Shown in pieces: positions 47,869 through 54,808 of a stretch of DNA of 64,000 nucleotides. How positions within the stretch are numbered: position 1 is the first letter of the stretch; every line of letters begins with the position of its first letter. The translations under genes were made by a program, and so were the position numbers. This stretch comes from a virus. The notes below the pieces were generated by a model. It made no database searches. It was not told where the DNA came from and saw only the letters and a program-made list of their open reading frames with translations. The stretch is from the IMG/VR virus record IMGVR_UViG_3300045988_179398, positions 60,111 through 124,110 of that record; one strand, 5' to 3'.

Positions 47869-49236
47869 ATGTTCGAATTAAGCGAATTTAGTTACCAAGA
47901 TTGTATTAATTTAGACGAAGAAAGTTACCAAGAAAATGTAGAAATTAACATTGTAGATGCGATATGTGGCAGTGGCAAAACATCGGCAGCAATTAACATG
48001 ATTAATAGTTCCGACGAGGAACAAAGATTTCTTTATATTACCCCTTATCTTGATGAAGTGAATCGTATAATTGAAAGTTGTCCCAATAAACATTTTAGAC
48101 AACCAGAAATTTATGGAACGAAAACAAATGGTATCAAATATCTTCTTGAAAAGGGTGTTAATATAGTATCGACACACGCATTGTTTAAAAATTTTGACAC
48201 AGAAATTATCAAACTCGTAAGGGCAATGAATTACATTCTCGTAATGGACGAAGTTGCCGAAGTTGTAGAAATGCTCGATATAAGCAAGAGCGATCTGCAG
48301 ATAGTGCTTGGTAAAACAGAATTACAAGATAACGGTCTTCTAAAGTGGACAGACAAAGAGTACACGGGTGAATTATGGAATTATCGTAGATTGTGCGAAT
48401 TAAATGCGGTATTTTATCATAATAACACGGCACTATTGTACCTCTTCCCAGTAGATTGTTTTAAGGCTTTTAGTAAAGTTTATGTTCTTACTTATATGTT
48501 TGACGCCCAAGTACAGAGATATTATTATGACTTTTACGGAGCAAAATTCAAATATATAGGCGTTGAGGGTGACAAAGTTAAAAATTATCATTTTGTTGAT
48601 AATCTAGTGGAATCTGATAACAGCAAATTCGTTAAACTAATAACAATTGAAGATAGTGAAACACTAAACGCTTCGGGCAAAGAGCCTTTTTCATTGTCGG
48701 TCTCTTGGTATGAAAAAAATATAAAAAGTTATGCCGAAGGAATTAAGAATAATCTTTATAATTTTTTCCGAAACAAATCTAAAACTCCTTCAAACAAAAA
48801 CCTTTGGACGGTGTTTAAAGATTACAAAAAGCAACTTCAAGGAAAAGGATATGCCAAATCTTTCTTATCTTGCAATGCCAGAGCAACCAACGCTTATTCT
48901 GATAGAACAGCAGTAGCGTATATGTGTAACATCTTTTTCAACCCCATTCTTAAAAATTTCTTCGAAAGCAAAGGCGTAAGAATAGAAGAAGATAAATGGG
49001 CTTTATCAGAATTCCTTCAATTTATGTTTAGAAGCGGTATAAGAAAGGGTGAACGTATTCGGATTTATATTCCCTCGTTAAGAATGCGCAATTTGTTAAA
49101 AAGATGGATGGTTGGAATGTATGATGACAAAATAGATCCAGAAAATCAAGAACAAATCCCAATCGAAGATAAACTCGAAAAAGCAAAAGCGCTGATAAAT
49201 AAATATAATTTGAATGATATATCTCAAGATGCTTGA
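47869..49236 (+). CDS. SF2 helicase-like P-loop ATPase
   Basis: Motif I CGSGKTSAA. Motif II LVMDEV. Motif VI-like QFMFRSGIRKG. Confidence 0.55.
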   Translation: MFELSEFSYQDCINLDEESYQENVEINIVDAICGSGKTSAAINMINSSDEEQRFLYITPYLDEVNRIIESCPNKHFRQPEIYGTKTNGIKYLLEKGVNIVSTHALFKNFDTEIIKLVRAMNYILVMDEVAEVVEMLDISKSDLQIVLGKTELQDNGLLKWTDKEYTGELWNYRRLCELNAVFYHNNTALLYLFPVDCFKAFSKVYVLTYMFDAQVQRYYYDFYGAKFKYIGVEGDKVKNYHFVDNLVESDNSKFVKLITIEDSETLNASGKEPFSLSVSWYEKNIKSYAEGIKNNLYNFFRNKSKTPSNKNLWTVFKDYKKQLQGKGYAKSFLSCNARATNAYSDRTAVAYMCNIFFNPILKNFFESKGVRIEEDKWALSEFLQFMFRSGIRKGERIRIYIPSLRMRNLLKRWMVGMYDDKIDPENQEQIPIEDKLEKAKALINKYNLNDISQDA

Positions 49237-49261
49237 CAACCACGTTCAAAAGTGATATAAT
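49233..49261 (+). promoter_or_regulatory. sigma-70-type promoter P13
   Basis: ATGCTTGACA, 17 nt, TGATATAAT. Overlaps the stop of the upstream gene. Confidence 0.7.
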
Positions 49262-49309
49262 AAAACCATAGAAACAAACCGTGTCGAAATCGACACTTTT
49301 GGGGGACCC

Positions 49310-49840
49310 ATGAAAACATACGAACGCGAACTCGAACTCGGCTTCGAAGTATCCGCCGCCCAGGCGATTAAAGCTATAACCCGCGAGAACATGATAATTC
49401 TCCAACAAAATATAATTCACCAGACGTGGCTCGAAGATGGCGAAGTCAGCGATTACAAATTCCGCACCAGAATACGCAGGACCGAAATCACATATCCCGA
49501 TGCAAATGGCTCGTGGACAAGCAAATGCGAGTTCACGACCAAATACTCGAAGAACGACGAGAAGGCGGCGACACAGGATAATATGGAGCTCAACGCCGAA
49601 ATCACGCCCGAAGAATACGAGAAGTTGAAGAAGATTTACGAGGCGGCGGGCAAAGAAGAAGTAATGAAAATTCGAACCTACTTCAGAACACCGCTTAACA
49701 CGCTTTCGATTTACACGCTCGACACCTACCCGAACGAAAAAGGCGACAGAGCACGCATCGAAATCGAATTCAAAAACAAACAAGAAATGGAGGATTGGAG
49801 GGCACCCGATTGGCTTCAAGATTTAGTTCTGAAGAGATGA
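49310..49840 (+). CDS. CYTH-domain (triphosphate tunnel metalloenzyme) protein
   Basis: N-terminal YERELELGF (ExExK-like). C-terminal ARIEIEFKNKQEMEDWRAPDWL, the typical CYTH end. Confidence 0.5.
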   Translation: MKTYERELELGFEVSAAQAIKAITRENMIILQQNIIHQTWLEDGEVSDYKFRTRIRRTEITYPDANGSWTSKCEFTTKYSKNDEKAATQDNMELNAEITPEEYEKLKKIYEAAGKEEVMKIRTYFRTPLNTLSIYTLDTYPNEKGDRARIEIEFKNKQEMEDWRAPDWLQDLVLKR

Positions 49841-49860
49841 CCGCCGCCTAAAGGAATCGT

Positions 49861-50121
49861 ATGGCAAAGAAGAAACCAGACCAGCTCTGTTGGAACTGCA
49901 AACGCGCCGTGAATTGCGAACCGCTTACCTGCCCGTGGGCAGCTTTCGGGAAGCCGATTGACGGTTGGAAGGCAGAGAAATCAGAGTTCAGAGATGGATT
50001 CGGTAGCAGCGTTAAAATCGTAAAAACATACTGCATAACCGAATGCCCGCTTTTCATCCAGGACAGAACGAGGGAAGAGAGTGTTTACACGCTTTGGCCC
50101 GACGGACGACTTTGGTATTAA
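49861..50121 (+). CDS. zinc-ribbon protein, paralog 1 of 3 (short form)
   Basis: LCWNCKRA..CPWA..GKPIDGWKA...ECPLFIQD. Confidence 0.6.
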   Translation: MAKKKPDQLCWNCKRAVNCEPLTCPWAAFGKPIDGWKAEKSEFRDGFGSSVKIVKTYCITECPLFIQDRTREESVYTLWPDGRLWY

Positions 50122-50148
50122 GTTGGCAGAAAATCAGCAAGGAATTAC

Positions 50149-50655
50149 ATGACAAAAAAAGTAGTAAAAACAATCAAACGAAAGTCGAGAAAAACGGTTG
50201 AAATAGATGAAATCGAAAAGAGAACAGGCGGCGGAATAGGCAGTCAACAGCTCTGCTGGAACTGCAAACGTGCCTGTAATACGGCAGATCATAAATGCCC
50301 GTGGGCAGACAGGGGAGAACCCATCGAGGGGTGGAAAGCGACCCCGACGAGATGGAAAGATCGCGGCCTCGAAATCAGGAGCTATGACATCGTTGAATGC
50401 CCGCTTTTCGTCAAAGATAAGCCCTTTACGGACTACGCCGAGGTGATAAAATACGTCGCCGAAAAGCTCGGATTTTGCGTAGAATACATACGGCGTAATT
50501 ACGAGAAAATGATGGCTCGTTACGAAGACCAGACGGGGGATAAACTCCCGCTTTGGGTATGGGAAAGACAGCCCTACAAAACGAAGAAAAACATCAGCGA
50601 ACAGGGCAAAAGCATCGCCGCTCGAAAGATAAAACAGGCGGCGGGAAGGAAGTAA
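50149..50655 (+). CDS. zinc-ribbon protein, paralog 2 of 3 (with C-terminal helical extension)
   Basis: LCWNCKRA..CPWA..GEPIEGWKA...ECPLFVKD, then YAEVIKYVAEKLGFCVEYIRRNY. Confidence 0.6.
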   Translation: MTKKVVKTIKRKSRKTVEIDEIEKRTGGGIGSQQLCWNCKRACNTADHKCPWADRGEPIEGWKATPTRWKDRGLEIRSYDIVECPLFVKDKPFTDYAEVIKYVAEKLGFCVEYIRRNYEKMMARYEDQTGDKLPLWVWERQPYKTKKNISEQGKSIAARKIKQAAGRK

Positions 50656-50656
50656 A

Positions 50657-51145
50657 ATGGGAGCGAAAATGGAAGAAAATATGGGACAAAAAACAAACCA
50701 AGAACAAGTTGCAATCAAACGTACCAAGAGCAACGGTCGTAAGGAATATGACCTCTACGCCGACACGCTTTGTTGGAACTGCAAACGCTGCACAAACCCC
50801 GATTCTCACCCGTGCCCTTGGGCGGAAAAAGGTGAGCCGATCGAAGGTTGGACCGCCGCCCCAGGGAGAGAATTTTTCCATTACCTCCAGACGGGCGAAA
50901 AGGTGAGTTTGGGCCGCTCCTACGTGGTTACGGCTTGCCCGCTCTTCGTCCAGGATAGACCGTTCTCGACCTACGCAGAAGGCATTCAATGGGTTGCCGA
51001 TGCACTCGAAATCTCTCCGAGCACGGTCTTGGGAAAGCCCGCTCTTTACTTCCAAAAGTACGAAGAGGTCTACGGTAAGAAGCTGCCCCATTGGCTCGTG
51101 AATTACGGTGCCGAAAGAATCGCATTCCCGAATAATCTGAAATAA
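50657..51145 (+). CDS. zinc-ribbon protein, paralog 3 of 3 (with HTH-like C-terminal extension)
   Basis: LCWNCKRC..CPWA..GEPIEGWTA...ACPLFVQD, then YAEGIQWVADALEISPSTV. Confidence 0.6.
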   Translation: MGAKMEENMGQKTNQEQVAIKRTKSNGRKEYDLYADTLCWNCKRCTNPDSHPCPWAEKGEPIEGWTAAPGREFFHYLQTGEKVSLGRSYVVTACPLFVQDRPFSTYAEGIQWVADALEISPSTVLGKPALYFQKYEEVYGKKLPHWLVNYGAERIAFPNNLK

Positions 51146-51179
51146 TCGAAATTATTTTTCAAAAAGCGGTTGTAAACGC

Positions 51180-51208
51180 TTGACAAAGCCATTACAAAGT
51201 GGTATAAT
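51180..51208 (+). promoter_or_regulatory. sigma-70-type promoter P14 (no CDS downstream)
   Basis: AAACGCTTGACA, 17 nt, TGGTATAAT. Confidence 0.75.
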
Positions 51209-51214
51209 GTACTT

Positions 51215-51514
51215 GCAAGCTGAAAGAGCGGTGTTGGATATCGTGTGCAAAGTTGTTGCCGCTCAAGCTTGTACCAACCCTCAAAGGGTTACAATTAAAT
51301 ATCCGCCGCCTCTAACGCAACATCCCATTGGCGGCGGAACAAAGCTCACACCAGGCGGCGGGAATAGAAAAGAAATTAAGTCCATTTGACTATCACCTCA
51401 CTATGTAAGCAAAAAGAATTAAGCAAAACAAATGAGAGATAATCGTCCATTTTTGCGAGAACCTCCTTACCGCCGCCGCGAAACCCTGACCGAAAGGTTG
51501 GGGTTCTTTCTTTA
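51215..51514 (+). ncRNA. candidate ncRNA of about 300 nt, bounded by a promoter and a terminator
   Basis: Bounded by P14 and the terminator at 51483-51514. No ORF with an RBS. Internal stems GAGCGG 51236 / CCGCTC 51260 and CCGCCGCC 51303 / GGCGGCGG 51330, plus a second GGCGGCGG at 51354 and a second CCGCCGCC at 51471. Confidence 0.5.
51483..51514 (+). terminator. rho-independent terminator
   Basis: 10-bp stem AACCCTGACC / GGTTGGGGTT (two G:U pairs), GAAA loop, then CTTTCTTT. Confidence 0.65.
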
Positions 51515-51879
51515 CCCAAATTTCGCGTTTAAGCTTTTTATTTCCCAGTAATCTTGGGGCTTCGTCGGGAATTCTGATCGGGGACGAGTAAACTATCGTC
51601 CCGACACCAAACGCCCAGCAAACCTGCACGGCAAATGGCAAGTGCGAGAGATATTGGCTTTAAGCAAGCGAATTAGGCGGCGGACAGTAATCAGCCAGAA
51701 GAGTTGTCTCCGCTTCCGCGATTGCTTATACCAGAGGGAAACCCCAGAGAGAGTATTCGACGCCCAAGTTTAGACTCCGCTCCTCGTTGGCTTAGAACAG
51801 AGAGCAAAGAGCAGAGAAAGCCGATAGCGAGCGAATGACGGGTTGGAGAGAGATTGGAGGGAAGACACCCCTATTATTG

Positions 51880-52130
51880 TACGAGTATATACTCCATATT
51901 TCATTCTTACTCTATACGAGTATGTACTCGTAGTAATCATAGTTCCGTACTTCTAATATACTCTTCTAGTATATATACTCTTATATCGGATATATTCTTT
52001 CAGAATATATCCTCTTAAACTATTCACTTCGTTCATAGTTTAGGTTTAATATTATTCTTTTATTATTTACTTAGCTTAATACAAGTGAAGAGTATATATT
52101 ACCAGTAAACTTAATATGAGTATATTAGAA
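51880..52130. repeat. AT-rich iteron/palindrome array (candidate replication origin)
   Basis: GAGTATAT at 51883, 52090 and 52118, with variants at 51918 and 51967. ATATACTC at 51887, 51956 and 51973. 12-bp palindrome GAGTATATACTC. TACGAGTA-TG-TACTCGTA at 51915-51932. 11-bp inverted repeat GGATATATTCT/AGAATATATCC at 51988-52012. Confidence 0.5.
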
Positions 52131-52155
52131 TTCTTATATAATAACTATCCTTATT

Positions 52156-52197
52156 ACGCGTGAGCGCACATCACGCATGCATGCGCATAATGCGCGT
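52156..52197. repeat. GC-rich nested palindrome next to the AT-rich array
   Basis: ACGCG...CGCGT arms enclosing the 12-nt perfect palindrome CGCATGCATGCG (52174-52185). Confidence 0.6.
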
Positions 52198-52289
52198 CCG
52201 AGGGGTAGAAGATAAGCGAAGCGAACAAAGCGCCCGCCGCCCAAGCAAAAAAATCCCCGAAATATTTTTTAAAAACCGCCGCCAAACGC

Positions 52290-52318
52290 TTGACAATCTC
52301 TCCGTGTTGTGGTATAAT
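52290..52318 (+). promoter_or_regulatory. sigma-70-type promoter P15
   Basis: CCGCCGCCAAACGCTTGACA, 17 nt, TGGTATAAT. The leader contains the hairpin CCGCCGCC 52369 / GGCGGCGG 52397. Confidence 0.75.
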
Positions 52319-52427
52319 GTTCTCGTAAGTTGAGAGCGGCGATCACCGCCCCGCTTATCACGGTTTATCCGCCGCCTTAAAACACAGCATCTCCTCGGCG
52401 GCGGGCAGACCATTCACAGGAGGGTTT

Positions 52428-52772
52428 ATGAAACTTGAATCTTGTCGCAATCTTACAAGCGACGAAACCGAAACTACGATCACAATGATGGGCAGCGGTG
52501 CCGATGGCTTCCGCGTCTACACAACCAGCAACTCGATGCTGACGAAAATAGGCAAACTCCTCGACGTGCCCGACACGGCTTGGAAGCTCGAAAAGGTCGA
52601 GCGTTACTCTGACGGGGTTCCATCGGGCTACTTCTTCACTTGCTCGGTTAAGAACTGCTTACAGCTTAAAGCCAAAAAGGTAAGCAGAGAGCTCACGGAA
52701 GAGGAAAAAGAGGCGCTCGCTCAGCGTTTCGCAGCAAGCAGAGCGGAGAAAACAACCCGAAATCAAATCTAA
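52428..52772 (+). CDS. hypothetical protein (last + strand gene)
   Basis: AGGAGGG RBS. Confidence 0.6.
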   Translation: MKLESCRNLTSDETETTITMMGSGADGFRVYTTSNSMLTKIGKLLDVPDTAWKLEKVERYSDGVPSGYFFTCSVKNCLQLKAKKVSRELTEEEKEALAQRFAASRAEKTTRNQI

Positions 52773-52921
52773 GGTGAAAATCTCCCAACGCGGCTGGGAA
52801 ATAAAAGACAATTCGAGGTCGGGTTGAATACTCACCCGTCTCGAAGTCTTTTTCGGAAATTTAGGCTAATCAATTGGCTCACTCGCAAAATTCTTTTGCA
52901 TATATATACTCCTAAGAGGGG

Positions 52922-52958
52922 CGGCGGTCCGTATAGTTCGGGCTGCCGTTCTTTTTTT
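52922..52958 (+). terminator. rho-independent terminator
   Basis: 9-bp stem CGGCGGTCC / GGGCTGCCG followed by TTCTTTTTTT. Confidence 0.65.
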
Positions 52959-53285
52959 ATAGACGCAGGGCAGTCGTCTGGGAAAAATAGGGCGTCCATG
53001 GTGGTCGAGAAAAATGGGCGCGTTCATGCGATTTGAGCGTGAGCGAAAAAACGTGGCGGCGCGTTAGGAAGAAAAAAGGGGGTGGCAGAGGAAAGAAAAT
53101 GTGCCCCCGTGGGGAAAATGGCCCGCATAGTAAGGGTTGCTGGGTCTTTATTTATAGTGGCGGATGGCAGTCCACTTTCGATTATTCAACGGTTACTTCG
53201 AGAAACCCGTTGCAGCTGCTGGAACATCCGCGTTTTTAAGGCGGTGCGGATGAAAGACCGCCGTGTTGTTACGGGTTAGCGACGG

Positions 53286-53366
53286 TTATCTCCCGCCGCC
53301 GTGCATGTAGTAGCAAAACATCACGAAAATAATCGAGGCTATAAACAGCCAACCAAAACCGACCAT
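53286..53366 (-). CDS. hydrophobic micropeptide (26 aa, below ORF-track cutoff)
   Basis: AGGAGG 7 nt upstream. MVGFGWLFIASIIFVMFCYYMHGGGR. Starts 1 nt after the stop of the preceding micropeptide. Confidence 0.45.
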   Translation of the reverse strand: MVGFGWLFIASIIFVMFCYYMHGGGR

Positions 53367-53367
53367 G

Positions 53368-53448
53368 TCAAAACCTCCTGTTATTGTCTTGAGTTACTTT
53401 TACTGCCACATAGATTACAACAAACCATATAAACCACGCAAGTACCAT
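53368..53448 (-). CDS. hydrophobic micropeptide (26 aa, below ORF-track cutoff)
   Basis: ATG shares its A with the TGA stop of the 53448-53825 gene. GGAGG upstream. MVLAWFIWFVVIYVAVKVTQDNNRRF. Confidence 0.45.
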   Translation of the reverse strand: MVLAWFIWFVVIYVAVKVTQDNNRRF

Positions 53449-53825
53449 CACATCACCTCCTTGTAATTATCAATTGCCCACTGGCAATCTTTTTTCGTGT
53501 TATATTTTCCGAAGCAAGTTAACGTGCTGAATTCCTGTTTGTAGCGGTTGTAAACAACCCACCAAACCTTTCCGTCTAACGCTGTTCTTTGCCTCGGCTC
53601 GAACCGACTTTCTTCCTTGTAGAACGTAATCCTTTTACCCGTTTCTGCGTTGCAGTTGTAGAAGTAATATTCGTTGCAGAATTTCTCGAAATCCATTCCT
53701 TTCGGAATTTCATACGGAGAAATCCACTTCGAGTACGGGTTGACTTTGCTTGCGGTTGCGTAAACCGCTTTACCTTCTGCGTGCATTTTGCGAGCCTGAG
53801 TTTTTGTTATTTTTTCGTAGTTCAT
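53448..53825 (-). CDS. hypothetical protein
   Basis: AGGAGG RBS. Confidence 0.6.
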   Translation of the reverse strand: MNYEKITKTQARKMHAEGKAVYATASKVNPYSKWISPYEIPKGMDFEKFCNEYYFYNCNAETGKRITFYKEESRFEPRQRTALDGKVWWVVYNRYKQEFSTLTCFGKYNTKKDCQWAIDNYKEVM

Positions 53826-53843
53826 ATTTATACCTCCTGAACT

Positions 53844-54044
53844 TTAAATTATTTCGTATTCGTAATTTCCAAAAAGTTTCTTTGCTTCTTCGAGACTGAT
53901 TTTGGTTATATTCGGCTCAAAGTTCGCGTCTTTTTCTTCCAAATAAGCGACCGCATTTTTCTTGCGTCTGAAAAGTAAGAATTTATCATCTCTTCCAAGA
54001 ACGTGTCGCCCGTTGTTATCGAACCAGTCGCAAATCCAAAACAT
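53844..54044 (-). CDS. hypothetical protein
   Basis: AAGGAGG RBS. Confidence 0.55.
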   Translation of the reverse strand: MFWICDWFDNNGRHVLGRDDKFLLFRRKKNAVAYLEEKDANFEPNITKISLEEAKKLFGNYEYEII

Positions 54045-54045
54045 A

Positions 54046-54255
54046 TTAGAGAACCTCCTTTAATTTTTTAGCCAAATTCGAGTAAAACTCTTCCGTTTCT
54101 TTTGCGTGTTCAATCGCTTCATCGTATTCCTCATCGTAACGACCGAGCTTTTCGTAAGCGATTTCGAGTTTGTAACGTTTACACCCAAACCTCATTGCCT
54201 GATAACACACGCAGGTGATTACCTTCTGTTTTTCGAGTTCTGTCAATTTTGCCAT
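54046..54255 (-). CDS. hypothetical protein
   Basis: GAGGAGG RBS. 1-nt gap to the next gene. Confidence 0.55.
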   Translation of the reverse strand: MAKLTELEKQKVITCVCYQAMRFGCKRYKLEIAYEKLGRYDEEYDEAIEHAKETEEFYSNLAKKLKEVL

Positions 54256-54256
54256 A

Positions 54257-54505
54257 TTATTTTACCTCCTCGACCAAGCGGTCAAAAATAAGATTTCCAT
54301 TTTTTGTGAAATGATAGGCGAGTGTTTTCTCTTCCCCTTCCCAAGTCCAGTAACACTGATAACCAAGCATTGCGTTGGTTGCCGTTTTCCCGATTAAAGT
54401 ATCGTCTTCAGTTTGGAAGGTGAGTTTGTAAGCGGGGTTGCCATAATAACTGTTGTTAAGTCTTTGAACTTTCAAGATTTTGCCTTTTGCGATAAATTCT
54501 TTCAT
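54257..54505 (-). CDS. hypothetical protein
   Basis: AAGGAG RBS. Confidence 0.55.
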   Translation of the reverse strand: MKEFIAKGKILKVQRLNNSYYGNPAYKLTFQTEDDTLIGKTATNAMLGYQCYWTWEGEEKTLAYHFTKNGNLIFDRLVEEVK

Positions 54506-54518
54506 ATTTTTTCTCCTT

Positions 54519-54791
54519 TTAAATATTTAGCGATTTTCTGACTTCAATTACGAGCAAGCCAGTGATTGAGTTATAAGCTACGAAGTTGTATTCCTTGTAC
54601 CAAGCACCAGGTTCGACTAAATAATGCGGATTCTCGAAGCCGAGAAATTCCATGATTGCGTCGGTCGGCATGACCTGTTCTTCGATTTCGCGCATTTCAT
54701 CTTCTGACAGGCGATAAACTTCGAGAGAAGCGAGAGATTCGCAGTCGGGTTCGTAGGGTGTATAAGTCCCAGATTTAGTTAAAAATTCCAT
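54519..54791 (-). CDS. hypothetical protein
   Basis: GGAGG RBS before ATG 54791. The listed start at 54806 is a TTG inside that RBS. Confidence 0.55.
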   Translation of the reverse strand: MEFLTKSGTYTPYEPDCESLASLEVYRLSEDEMREIEEQVMPTDAIMEFLGFENPHYLVEPGAWYKEYNFVAYNSITGLLVIEVRKSLNI

Positions 54792-54808
54792 ATATTTTAC
54801 CTCCAAAA

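Noticed and set aside
49028-49819. 263-aa ORF on the - strand
   Set aside because: It is antisense to the CYTH gene, promoter P13 and the helicase-like gene end. Its F/L/V/R-rich composition is typical of the reverse complement of E/K-rich coding sequence, and it has no RBS. The same reasoning rejects 15026-15658(-), 50134-50733(-), 50594-51091(-), 22956-23477(-) and the other long antisense ORFs.
51180-51389. 69-aa + strand ORF in the gene-free region
   Set aside because: Its start codon is the TTG of the P14 -35 box, so it lies upstream of the predicted transcription start, and it has no RBS. The start of the 32970 ORF is likewise the TTG of the P7 -35 box and was moved to ATG 33024.
51880-52130. 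CRISPR array, prompted by the short repeated units
   Set aside because: The repeats are 8-12 nt, irregularly spaced and partly palindromic, with no unique spacers of uniform length and no cas genes. They are iteron-like rather than CRISPR-like.
52824-53279. Three overlapping + strand ORFs (52824-53036, 53033-53239, 53082-53279)
   Set aside because: They are low-complexity G/R/K-rich translations of the A-tract/G-tract repeat region. They have no RBS, overlap one another in different frames, and lie downstream of a strong terminator.
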